A stretch of DNA of 62,945 bases, filler included, from Octopus bimaculoides (Eukaryota), in NCBI RefSeq assembly GCF_001194135.2. It is 5 parts of 4 records of this genome, joined end to end, with 100 filler letters (N's around TTAATTAATTAA, not from the genome) between each part and the next. Parts side by side here need not be neighbours in the genome. Positions count along the whole stretch, not along the records: positions 36,722 to 59,206 come from NC_068989.1; 4 more parts are not named here. One strand, 5' to 3'. A program made the translations under genes and the position numbers. The notes beneath the pieces are model-generated. The model was not told the DNA's origin. It saw only the letters and a program-made list of their open reading frames with translations, and ran no database searches. Of this stretch, positions 36,820 through 49,372 are shown one piece after another (position 1 is the first letter of the stretch; each line of letters opens with the position of its first letter).

Positions 36820-37562
36820 GAAGTGTGTAGCTTTATGCCTGAATGCATCAAATCTGCTTTAGTGTATTTCATAGGCAAGAAGTATCTTTCAGATTTACTA
36901 ACTTGAAATCAATCCAAAGGCTGTATATAGTTCTAATTAAACTACTTACATCCATATTGGAGATTTTATAATGCAACTGCAATTAAATTAAACATTTCTG
37001 CAGCAACAGTTCCCGTGAAAGCAAACTATTGCATCATCAATGTTAAATCATTGTTAATTACCGACAGTGTCACACAGAAGTACATTTCCAAAAGCATGTT
37101 TTTTCTGTATATTTTCTAAATTGCGTTACTTTATTTCTAAAGGCAAGCATCTCTTAAGAATGGAATCTATTCAACAGACCTTACATTTTAGGAAATATGC
37201 ATATATAATATTGAATATTGTAATTATAGCAATTAAGGAGAAACTATAGCGCCATACTGTATACGTTGGCCTATTAAATTCCAATTATAAGCTCTCTATA
37301 TTCATAATACCGAGTGTAGCAAAAACCTCCAGCATTTAAACATTATTGATAAACATTTCATAAGCAAACGCAGTAAGTGATACAATATAGACCACAATAT
37401 CAACTGAAACAAAACAATAAAGTATTTGGAACATGGAGATACTGTGACCAGTTGCTTAGCATCACTAGCGTCACAGCAATAGTTGTGTGAAAAACGGGAG
37501 GTGTTTCTGTTACGCCCTATATTAACGTCCTTGACAAATTCCATATATTTATTCTAAAGTAT

Positions 37563-37624
37563 GTGCGTGTGCATGTATTGTGTGTATGTGTGCGTGCGTG
37601 TGTGTGTGTGTATGTGTGTGTGTA

Positions 37625-37708
<84 letters not shown>
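37563..37708. repeat. (TG)n microsatellite
   Basis: Direct inspection. Confidence 0.95.
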
Positions 37709-37709
<1 letters not shown>

Positions 37710-38485
37710 ATTACGCCTGTACAAATCCACTTAGAAATGGCTTATAGTACGTATGAATAGATTTCACGCCCTGAAGCGAAGCCGGTTTAACAAATATCCT
37801 GTGAGGCACATATTATAACTCCAGCTTGTCCAGCCTTCTTATTAACACAGACCAACAAACTAAAGAAAAAGGCAGTACATATTTATATTTACCAATGTAA
37901 TATAGAAATTCTAGTGCAGATGAGAAAATTGTGAAACACATGAATCAAATTGTTTCATTTGTCATGCAATGACAAACCTCTTCTATTTGACCATCAAAGA
38001 AATAAAATATTGCATGCACGATACAGTATATCCAATAAATATACATAGAAATACAATAGTTGAAAACACCACAATCTTACACAGATACTCTGTAAATGAA
38101 ACGTGTATCTAAAGAACAGTAGATAATTCAACAATATATGCCGAAAATCAACAGGCATACGAGAAATTAAATACAAACGCTTCCAACGTAACCGTTAAAT
38201 AATTTTAAAATATGGAGGCTTGAAAAACATTTTAAAAAATATCAACACCGACGTAATCTTTTTCGACCCTATGCAGTATGCGAGAAAATCCGCCATTTTA
38301 CTATCGTTACGTTCTGTTGATAGAGCAAGTACGAACAGATTTGAGAACGCTGAGGTATTTGTGAAAAATCACAAATAAAAATACAAAACTCGAATACAGT
38401 TGTGCCCTTGTGCATACACTGATATATATACACTTGTACATACAGGAATACCAACACCTTTCATATTATTTTTACGTAGCCTTAC

Positions 38486-39056
38486 CTGCTTTTTGGGTCT
38501 TCTGGGGAAGTGTCAGAAGATATGGCCCCCACCGAGCAGAAACCTTTGTGAGGTCAAGTTAAATGTGTAGAATATTCTCAACTCCCTCACGCGATATGCT
38601 AATAGCATTGGCAATTTTGTTTATAGTCAGTCAATTGCCTGTCATCGATCAACATGTGGTGAACACGACCAACCTTTCCTTCGGTGATAGCAGTTGCAGG
38701 ACGTATAGACCTCGGGTCATCTTCAAAACATTATGTTCCCCACCTAAATTCAGCTCCCTACTTTTGTAGCGTTGATATAGCTGTAGTATCATCCCCAAAT
38801 GTAGATGCCATGTCAGCAGAATGTCTGTGAGGGCTTAACTCTTTTCTGCAGGTACATGATATCAAATTTTGTCAATTCTGAAAAGAAGTCGCTTCTAGTT
38901 ACATTTGAAGCCATCTCTGAAGCGTCCGGCATCAGTTTGCCTGTAAAGAAACACTGCAGTTATTAATAAGAAGGTTGAAATTTATGCACGCAAGATTTCA
39001 TAGCCCTAGCGTCACGTCTGCATAGTTACTTATGAACTTTTCAGCCCAGCCCCTCG
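38486..39056 (-). mobile_element. Mariner-like element family 2, left end plus decayed transposase N-terminus
   Basis: Minus-strand terminus TA+CGAGGGGCTGGGCTGAAAAGTTC. Translates to ADMASTFGDD..EDDPRSIRP.TA..DDRQLT..KVSARW with stops. Confidence 0.85.
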
Positions 39057-39335
39057 TATGTCCTTATATATATATATATATATATATNNNNNNNNNNNNN
39101 NNNNNNNNNNNNNNNNNNNNNNNNNNNNNNNNNNNNNNNNNNNNNNNNNNNNNNNNNNNNNNNNNNNNNNNNNNNNNNNNNNNNNNNNNNNNNNNNNNNN
39201 NNNNNNNNNNNNNNNNNNNNNNNNNNNNNNNNNNNNNNNNNNNNNNNNNNNNNNNNNNNNNNNNNNNNNNNNNNNNNNNNNNNNNNNNNNNNNNNNNNNA
39301 CAGACAGACAGACAGACAGATATATATATATATAT

Positions 39336-39398
<63 letters not shown>

Positions 39399-40850
39399 TG
39401 TGTGGGCGGGGTGCGTATGTGTGTGTCTCTAATGAGGTTTTGAAATTATGAAACTGGTACAGAATTAAGATTCTTCATCAAAATTATTTGGTATGAAAGT
39501 TGGTGAGCAGCATAAGTCTGAACTGCGTTATTAAATACTTTCGTTTTTTATTGTACTTCGATTATCATATACTCCTTAATTTTTCAATCTCTTTCGAATG
39601 TGATTTTGATAATGAATAATATCAATCATGTCACTGAATTTCCGTTAAAATGTCTGAGTGGCAGTCAATGTAAAATGAATTGATTACATTCAAGATGTAT
39701 GTTTTCATATGCATTGAGTCGATCATTCAACAGAAATACCATTAGAGAAGTCATATAGTTTTTAGTTTTCAAATTCATATCAGTTGGAGATATCCTGAAA
39801 AGTAGTGATAATTTTGTCGAATTCCAATTACGGTAAAAAAAAACTTTTGCATTTTAGGCGTCGAACTGAGTGAATAATCTACGCAGGCGTAAACATCAAA
39901 TTGTTTTAGTTATATATGCGTAGGGATAGTGTGAACTGCCATGGGAATTGGTGAAGTCGTTGGTTTGGTGGGAAAGATTTCTGTTACAACTTTGTGCTAC
40001 GGGTTCAAATCATGATGGGGTTAATTTTGCATTTCATTCTTTCGTGGTCTGTAAGATGGACCAATATATTGTAACATATTATCAAAACCCTACAGGGTCA
40101 GGAAAGATGACTTACCGTATTGGTTCCGGCTCTTTCAGTTCTATCCGCAACGCGAGCGTTGACACTGGTGCCATGACGTATCAGCTCATCCCAAGTAGGC
40201 AGTCTTTTCCTTTGTTAAATATCAGTTGAGGTGAAAAAGATGTGCATACACTCGCAACTGCGAGTGTTCCTAAAAAACTAAAAAACTAAAAAAATAAGAA
40301 CAAGAATTCTTTCCCACTGCTGCTCATAGATTCGCAAAGACATACAGAAACATAGTCAATACCATCCTACAGCACTAAGAACAAGGTTAAATATGATTTT
40401 CTCTTTCATTTAATAGAACGGTGTCTGCATTTTACTATCCTAATTGCAACAAAGATCTACTAGCGCAGAATTGAAATAATTACAGTTATTGGTTGCATTC
40501 ATTAATGTTAAGGCAAGTTAGCCCAAATGATTTAAGAAGATGTAGCAGAAAAGTTATCCATATCGTCCACAGTCATTAGTGTGATGCTGTTGAAGTCAAG
40601 CAAATGATAAAGGTGCAGTTATGTAGCTTATGTATTAAGATTTCATATCAGATACCATCATGCTTTGGAACGGCATCCACCGTGTATTTGTTGTAACGCT
40701 TATCGAGAATGGTGAACATTAAAGCTTTTTCTGACGCATTTTGTGTGTGTGTGTATAACGTGGGGGTGTATGAGTGAATAGACAAAAGAAAGAAAGGTCG
40801 CTCGACACATTTATTTGGAGTTACATGTATTTTTCAAAACAGTTTGTGTC

Positions 40851-40968
40851 GGATTCCGTGCTACTTCAAATCTTGAAGCCCGTAACGGAGCCTCTTCTCA
40901 GGCCGGTTTCCACCCACCTGAGGAGAGGCTCCGCTACTGGCTTCGTAACTTGAAGTAGCACGGAATCC
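40851..40968. other. Isolated 52-bp inverted repeat with a 14-nt loop
   Basis: Arms 40851-40902 and 40917-40968 are complementary at 45/52 positions. Confidence 0.9.
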
Positions 40969-40988
40969 AAATCAAAGTGTTTTCAACA

Positions 40989-41069
<81 letters not shown>

Positions 41070-41094
41070 CGTGCGTGTGTGTATAAACATGTAA

Positions 41095-41285
41095 AACAAT
41101 GTGACTACACAAGTGTTGTTAGTGATTTCTTTTCCTTCTTTGGACTGTTCCCTTTCTCCTTTCCGACGAAGAGGTATGTTCGAAACGTCAAAAACTCTCT
41201 CTTTTCGCAGAGCGTCAAGCTAATACATTCCATGTCAAAGTCCTCTTGTCTGTTATTTTTTTATGTTCATTTATTCGATTTGACT
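41095..41285 (+). mobile_element. Penelope-like LTR-type fragment carrying a degenerate minimal hammerhead motif
   Basis: CCGACGA-A-GAG-gtatg-TTC-GAAAC-GTC at 41163-41189, followed by a T-rich tract and (TA)n. Confidence 0.5.
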
Positions 41286-41764
41286 ATATATATATATATA
41301 TATCTTTGGAAAAATGAATAGAAATGGCTTTTCTGATAATTCTTCCACTTTAATAATTATTAAAGTGGAAAAATTATGACAAAGAAATCAATAACCAACA
41401 GACTACGAGCACCACCACACAGACGCACTGTTTGGTGTCTCCGTCTTCTACAACTATGACACTAACCACTGTTCTGAATAAGACAATCGGATAACATCTG
41501 TACAAAGGCACGTTAGATATATATTCCTTCTCTTGTAACCATTGCGCTATCTTACCCACCCACCTCTCAACACATTTAGCCTTCCTTTCACTGAGACCTG
41601 TGTCTCTCAGCAATTCCTCCAGCCTGTTGCACTACCTTCAATGACATGCAGTTATTGGAGACATAAATTTCCAGAGCTTCTAAAGTGAATAACAACAACA
41701 ATGATCATACAAATCCTGGGGATATCCAAACTGCTCCACGTACACTGCTGCTACGACTATCGAT

Positions 41765-42245
41765 TCTTCCTTCCTTCCTTCCTTCCTTCCTTCCTTCCTT
41801 CCTTCCTTTCTTTCTTCCTTCCTTTCTTTCTTTCTTCCTTTCTTTCTTTCTCCTTTTTTATTCTTCTTTTCCTTTTCTTCTTCTTCTTCCTCCTCCTCCA
41901 CCTCCTCCTCATCTTCATATCTTTTCCCTTTTCTTCTCCTTCTCGTCCTCTTCTTCATTTCTGCTTCTTTTTCTCTCTTCATCCTTTTCCTCATCCTCTT
42001 TCTCTTCATACACTTGCCTCCTTTTCCGCTCCTCCGCCCATAAGACAATCCTCTCCTCCCTTCCACCTCTCGCCCCCTTTCTCTTCTTCATCCTCCTTCT
42101 CCTTCTTCACTTCCTCCTTCTCCTCCACTTCCTCTTCCGCTCATTCTCCTCCTCCTCTCATACTCATACTCCCCTCATTCTCCTCCTCCCCTCATACTCC
42201 TCCTCCCCTCATTCTCTTCATCCTCTCATTCTCCCCCTCCCCCTC
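41765..42245. repeat. About 480-bp polypyrimidine tract: (CTTC)n, (CTTT)n, (TCC)n
   Basis: Direct inspection. Confidence 0.95.
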
Positions 42246-42452
42246 CAGCAAATTTATAAAAACAGTGAAAGGAAACGCACAAGACAACCATATGGCGTCG
42301 TGTCATTTTATTCTTCATTATAAGCTTGATTACATAATCACAAGAGTAATGATTTTAACATTACTTTAGATATGCATATGCATATAAAAGTGTGTGCGTG
42401 TTGATGTGTGTGTGTGTTAGTGTGTGTATGTATTTAAATTTATACGTATGTG

Positions 42453-42485
<33 letters not shown>

Positions 42486-42727
42486 CAAAACTATTTATAA
42501 ATAACAATTACTCTACGTGAACGAACGTTTATGAATTTCATGACTTGCTCTTCAAATAATATATTTCACATGTTCTAATTATAATGTATATTATACACAT
42601 ACATACATACATACATACATACATACATGCGTATATGCGTTCATATGCGTACAGATGTGACTGATTATGAGATGATGAATAGTTTTTCAAATACTTTGTT
42701 TCACGATTTTCCTGAAGCTTATGAGTT

Positions 42728-42770
<43 letters not shown>

Positions 42771-42815
42771 TGTATATATGTATACGTAATGTAAATGTTT
42801 CTATAATGTATATAC

Positions 42816-42867
<52 letters not shown>

Positions 42868-43926
42868 TAGAAATATGATTGAATTAACATCCGGTATTAT
42901 ATAGATAAGGTCAAACTACGCACTGAACTCTCCGGTTATGCAGTATATCACTCTGGTTATCACACCCCTTTGTAACTAACTCTAAATCTCCATTATTATC
43001 TGAGCAAAAATGCACGGTTTTGGTTCTTTAAACATTTAAAACTGTTTCTCAAACACCTTTTTGCCTATTAACCCCTTTGATTCCAATTTTGCTCTCTTGA
43101 ACCTCTATAGCCATTCAATGAATATGTAAAAAAAAATTTTTTTAAACTCCTGCTGTATTTTTATAATAAAATATTATTAGGAATTATATAATAAAATTTC
43201 AAGTAATTTGTGTATCGAGGAAGTATAAGCAATTCATTTCACGTATATTTTAACAACAAAATCTGATATGGACTCCGGTTGCGAACCTCTGCTTTTAACG
43301 AACCACAAATTTTTCCTTGACATAAGACTAATTTTATATATTAGCGACAGAGGCAATATTAATACCGAGAGGTAATATTTATCTTTAACATGGAGCTTCC
43401 ATTAGAACAAACGAGAGTGTATTTTGCATCAAAAAGCCATCTTGAGAGTTGCTCTCACAGTAACTACTGCAGTATATTGTTCTAATAGAACATCCACGTT
43501 TAAGTGGGCATAAATATTATCTCTTAGGACGAATTTAATCTTGCTTTCTTTAGTGAGAGTTGCCTCTGACAAGCGATACCCAAGTTAGAGACAGTAAAGG
43601 AGCCAGTACTATAATTTTAATCTACAGAGTGTCCACAAAGTCTGGGTACATGAGGATTAACACATACTTTAAGAAAACTATTATTTCTTATATTTAATTG
43701 CTTATGTTATGATTTTATTTACTCCATGTACTCACATTGGGATTAATATACTTGGCAACCCAGGTTGCAAACCATGAATAATTTTCAGCTTATCGTTCTT
43801 CGATATTGGAAAAATTCACAACCTTCCGCCCCAATAAGCACTATTGTTCTTGAAAGTTGTGTTTACATATTTTCTGCGGATTGCTTGAAGCTCACTTTCT
43901 TCCTACTCCTCGATCCTTGGATCTTA

Positions 43927-43985
<59 letters not shown>

Positions 43986-43990
43986 GTACA

Positions 43991-44043
<53 letters not shown>

Positions 44044-44211
44044 TTTTTGTGTGTGTGTGTGTGTATATATATATATACATCAGTACATGGTTGTATGAGT
44101 GTGTGTTGATATGTATATATAGATGCACACATAAATACATAAACTCATGTACATACATGTCTTTCATTTTTCCCGTCCGCTCTTCGCTTTTCTTTGTCTT
44201 TCTCATATATA

Positions 44212-45056
44212 CAAGGCGTGATCAATAAGTATCTAGCCTGTTGCCATAATAACGAAGCTATAGCACTCAGAGTAAAGCCGCTTGGCACAGACTGACCTTA
44301 ACCTTTGCTGTGCATGCGCACTAAGTTTTAACGTTCTAGCTAACTTCCGCTGTTTACAGAAGTGTTTGGAAGGAAGGTGTACAGCGTGTGGTTGACAATG
44401 CGAAACGTGCTCAGACGTCTACGCAAAGCTATAGAAAGTATATAGAGAGGAGCGTATGAACTGCACACAAGTGTACGAGTGACTCAGACGTTTCCAAGAT
44501 GGTAGAAAAATGTTGATATTGACGAATGTTCTGGGAGACCCACAACTAGCAGAACTGAGAAAAACATCACAGATGTGCGATCAGTTGTGAGGGGAAATCG
44601 TCGAATCACCGTCCGTGAGTTAGTAGAGAATGTGCAGATTAGTTATGGTTCAGTTCAGTTCCTCATGACTGAAGATTTGGGTCTGAGACGCGTGTCTGCC
44701 AAGTTTGTACCAAAACTGCTTTCAGCTGTTCAAAAAGACACTCGAGTTTCAGTTGTACAAGATCTCCTTGATTGTATCAAGAACGATAAAAACATTTTGA
44801 AAACTTGGCGTCGGCATCTGAGCAGGTATCGCCAAGCTTTTGGCGAAATTTGATGCAGATTCTCCGCTCAACTTTCTCTGTCATGACCAATGCGACGAAC
44901 ACACGCTACACACCTTCCTTCCAAATACTGCTGTAAAGAAAGGATAGTGTGCATATATAGCAGAGTTCAATGTCAATCTGTGTCAAGTGGCTTTACTCTG
45001 CGTGCTTTAGCTTCGTTACTACGGCAACAGTCCGGATACGTATTGATCAGACCACG
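44212..45056 (+). mobile_element. Non-autonomous mariner-like element, family 1 copy 2 (both ends intact)
   Basis: TA flanks at 44210-11 and 45057-58. Termini caaggcgtgatcaataagtat / atacgtattgatcagaccacg. ORF NRRITVRELVENVQISYGSVQ..LGLRRVSAKFVPKLL. Confidence 0.92.
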
Positions 45057-46016
45057 TATAATTGCTTTTGCATCTATATTTTAAACAAAAGAAAATGAGA
45101 GATTGAGAGAGTTATGGTGAGAAACAGAGACTGAGATATGAGAGACAGAGAGAAGGTGAAGAAAGAAGAGTGAGGGAGAGAGAGAGAGGAAGAAAAGCAT
45201 TACTGATAGTGTAATGTAATTTGTAGACAATCAGCGTTTATCTTTACATGTGTATTTTCTGTAATTTGTACGTGTGTAAGCTCTTGCACTAATTTAAAAC
45301 GAAAATTATATTTAAATATTATTTTGCCTCTGGTTCTAATAATTTATTTCAATCACTGAACGATATGTGAACCTGCATGCCCTGCTCGCAAGTTGGCAAT
45401 TTAAACAAATAGAATTCTTAAAATTGGAATGTAAATGAATACAAGTGAAATGGATAATTAATTTTACATTTAAGGCATTAAATTTTAGTTAATGGATATT
45501 CAAAATATGTACTTTACTAATCTTAATTTACTCATTTTTATTTGCTTGTAATTGTTACTGATAAAACAGAGAAAATATTTAATTTAATTTCACATATCTT
45601 TGTGACCTCATGTAAGCGGTCTGCAATTTCCTTTGAGTTACAATAGGCAGTATTAACTTTAATTCTTGATAATTCAACAGAAATATTAAATAGAAGCATT
45701 AAATAGAGCCATATAGTTGTAATAATGCTGTGAGCAATAGGTTGTGTGAGGCGAAGGCATAACGAACAAACGAAACACTATATTACGAGAGTGAAGCAGT
45801 GGATTTTATGATATGCTATAATTTTAATTGATTTTGGTATTAATTGTATATTTAATTGAAACGCCGAAAAGCAAAAAATAAATTAAAGTTAGAGCAATGG
45901 TAACAGGTCGTGTAGTGATGGTATATANNNNNNNNNNNNNNNNNNNNNNNNNNNNNNNNNNNNNNNNNNNNNNNNNNNNNNNNNNNNNNNNNNNNNNNNN
46001 NNNNNNNNNNNNNNNN

Positions 46017-46051
<35 letters not shown>

Positions 46052-46054
46052 TAC

Positions 46055-46088
<34 letters not shown>

Positions 46089-47329
46089 GCATACACACAC
46101 ACACACGCACACATACATATCTATATTATGAGTATGTGTGTGTGTGTGTGTTTGTTTTATGTATAACTCCAAGACCGTTGGCTACTGCAGATAAATTTGG
46201 ACAATTGTCGCCCTGATGACGCCTTCTAGAGCAGAGACACGTTTTAACGGATGCCCTTGGATCTCCAGACACAAAGTCATTTCTTTTTCTTAACGGCATG
46301 TCAACATTGGAGAAATTCTTTATCCCTGGGATTTTCTCCTCTTCCCACGTGGAACTGATAATCTTAATTGCCATTTGGTAAATTATAACACTGTACATCC
46401 CCCACAGCTGAAGATCATTTTTAGTAAACCACGTATGCATACTGTATGATATTTGCTATGCATGTATTTGTCCATATACATATACGTACATACAAAATAT
46501 GAGGCTTTAGTTCACAGGTGATCTAAACGACTAAGTACGCTAGGTAACTATCAGGACTTTAACCGACATGGATTTACGCAGCATTGCACCTAAGGATTTA
46601 TGGACTTATTTCGACAATATTGGAAAGCTGAACTGTGAACTTTTATGCTTCTTTTTTCTTCTCTTCTTTTTTCATTTCTTTATTCCTTTACTCCTCTCCT
46701 GTATGTCATCATGTCATTAATCTATACCCTTCTCGTTTTCCCTATTTGTCTCCGATGACAGAATATTCCATACTCTGGGATATCCCAGAAACAACTGTAA
46801 GACAGAATCTTTTTTCTAATAATAAGAATGTACATGACTTGAGATGTCTGCCCTGCCGCAACGTTTGTTGTCCTCTTTAACAATTATATACGTACATATA
46901 TATAAATACCCCTCTAACTCTCACACGCAGACACATATAATGTTTGTGTATGCATATAATTGTGCATTAGGAGGTTGCTTGTCAGGGACTTAGGAAAGTA
47001 GTTACATGATTACGTCCTCTATCCTCAACGGGTGCCTCGTTGAAGTATGTTATGTGTTCATCGAAGAATTAAGTTCTTCGGGACACAGAGACTAATTTTT
47101 TGCGTCGCAAATCATTGTCTTCCCTTTCAGAAGCATAATACGTTAAGATTTATTACTTAGTGATACTATATAAACTTCAAACTTCAAGTAAAATATACAT
47201 TTAGTACTGCTTACACATCTGAAGCAACAATTTTGCTACACTGCATCATAATGCTCTAACTGATCAACAATAATGCTGAATACAGTAGACGTCTACAAAA
47301 ATATTTCTCTCACATCATGAACGAGGCTC

Positions 47330-47600
47330 CTACAGCAAACACAGATATCCTGGATAACATTAAGAAAGGGGCCAACTGGCCTGAATTCACTCACAGACAC
47401 GCTCCGGCCTCTATGACCCAAAGGTGTCCAATCACATCTTTCTAACATTTCTACCGTGCTACAATGGCCTCTGCTCTCCATAAAAGCTCGCTGTGCTCAT
47501 TCTATCTACTACACTCAAGCATTCCTGAGCGACTTGATGTTTCTCCCTCTCATCACCGTTGCAGTTTCTAATTCCCCAGGATTATTCATTTATTTATTTA
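47330..47600 (+). mobile_element. Possible decayed CR1/L2-like LINE C-terminal fragment
   Basis: Broken similarity to a LFYRYYNGLCS-type motif (ttctaccgtgctacaatggcctctgctc). Weak. Confidence 0.35.
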
Positions 47601-47962
47601 TGACAGCTTTGAATACCTCTCTGCTAATTTCTGTTGAAATATTTGTCGAGTAATCAAGCCCACCTTTTATTTTTCATTAAATCTATTTGTTCATTCATCA
47701 TTCTCTGAAATGACTGCGATATAAGTCTAAAATGCCACTTTAATCCGTCACGAAATTCCATGGTACTTAGACATTCAGTAGGAGAAGATATTTTTCTATG
47801 TCTCCTTTCCTTTAACCAATGTCTAATATAAAGTGTATGTGTGTGTGTATGTGTAGCTAATAGAGTAAAATAGACATATATATGTGTCTGTATGTGTGCG
47901 TGTGTGTATATATATATATACACTATATGCGTACATAAATATATATCTATATATGTGTGTGC

Positions 47963-47998
<36 letters not shown>

Positions 47999-48441
47999 NN
48001 NNNNNNNNNNNNNNNNNNNNNNNNNNNNNNNNNNNNNNNNNNNNNNNNNNNNNNNNNNNNNNNNNNNNNNNNNNNNNNNNNNNNNNNNNNNNNNNNNNNN
48101 NNNNNNNNNNNNNNNNNNNNNNNNNNNNNNNNNNNNNNNNNNNNNNNNNNNNNNNNNNNNNNNNNNNNNNNNNNNNNNNNNNNNNNNNNNNNNNNNNNNN
48201 NNNNNNNNNNNNNNNNNNNNNNNNNNNNNNNNNNNNNNNNNNNNNNNNNNNNNNNNNNNNNNNNNNNNNNNNNNNNNNNNNNNNNNNNNNNNNNNNNNNN
48301 NNNNNNNNNNNNNNNNNNNNNNNNNNNNNNNNNNNNNNNNNNNNNNNNNNNNNNNNNNNNNNNNNNNNNNNNNNNNNNNNNNNNNNNNNNNNNNNNNNNN
48401 NNNNNNNNNNNNNTATATATATATATATTGAATGACATATT

Positions 48442-48655
48442 CTTTTCTACTCTAGACACAAGGGCCGAAATTTTGGGGGAGGGGCCAGTCGATTAGATCG
48501 ACTCCAATAGGCAACTGGTACTTAATCTATCGACCCCGAAAGGATGAAAGACAAAGTCAACCTTAGCGGAATTTGAACTAAGAACGTAAAGACTGACGAA
48601 ATAACGCTAAGTGTTTTACCCGGCGTGCTAACGTTTCTACTAGCTCGCCACCTTG
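48442..48655 (-). mobile_element. SINE family B, full length with a 17-bp TSD
   Basis: Flanked by atattgaatgacatatt (48425-48441) and atattgaaagacatatt (48656-48672). Confidence 0.92.
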
Positions 48656-48788
48656 ATATTGAAAGACATATTGACTTGATAGTCACGGCTGGATGAAAAC
48701 ACCTCTACGATATTTCCTGTTATAATGTTTATTGAAACACAGGTAAAAAATAAAAAAAATGTAGGGCGCCACTCTGAAGGGTTGAGTC

Positions 48789-49137
48789 TAGTTGTTCTCA
48801 ACCGGGGGTCTGTATGGCTCCTGAGGGTCCATATAAGATTTTTGCTGATCTACGTTAGAAAATAATAAATTGGAGATCCACAATAGTATTTTAAGAGCTG
48901 CTGGAAATGGTTTCATGTATGCATTGGTATGTATTGGAAGAAACAGCTAGGTTTCTTTCTCTAACATTGTACATAGTTCAAACTACACAAGTTATTGTGT
49001 AAAAAACCAAATAGAAATTTTGAAAGAAATTTCAATAAAACTAGTTTTATAAACATCAAATGACTATGGGGATCTACCAGAATAAAATAGTAATCAAAGG
49101 GGCTCATGGATAAAAAAAACATGTCTGAGAACCCCTG
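48789..49137 (-). mobile_element. hAT-type MITE, copy 3, inserted in an old SINE A
   Basis: Termini tagttgttctcaac / tgagaacccctg, with 8-bp flanks gttgagtc and gtttagtc (7/8 match, the hAT TSD length). The host SINE continues at 49138-49530. Confidence 0.85.
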
Positions 49138-49317
49138 GTTTAGTCAATTAAATCGCCCTTATTACTTATTTTTTAAGTCTGATAATCACTGATAGGTCGC
49201 TTTTGTGGAACAACTAAAATGCGGGTATGTAAACAAATCAGCACTAGTTTTCAAAGCAGGGTGGGGTAAGCTCAAATACGCACACGGTCACAGACGCGCA
49301 CACGCACACACACACAC

Positions 49318-49372
<55 letters not shown>

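Noticed and set aside
38486-38940. Apparent 455-nt minus-strand exon (tttctttacag|..cag|gtaagg)
   Set aside because: The content is a stop-riddled mariner transposase fragment. The splice-like signals may be chance and exonisation cannot be supported without RNA data.
40116-40215. Ankyrin-like peptide LIRHGTSVNAR on the minus strand
   Set aside because: It lies downstream of an in-frame stop with no Met, and the rest of the ankyrin consensus is absent.
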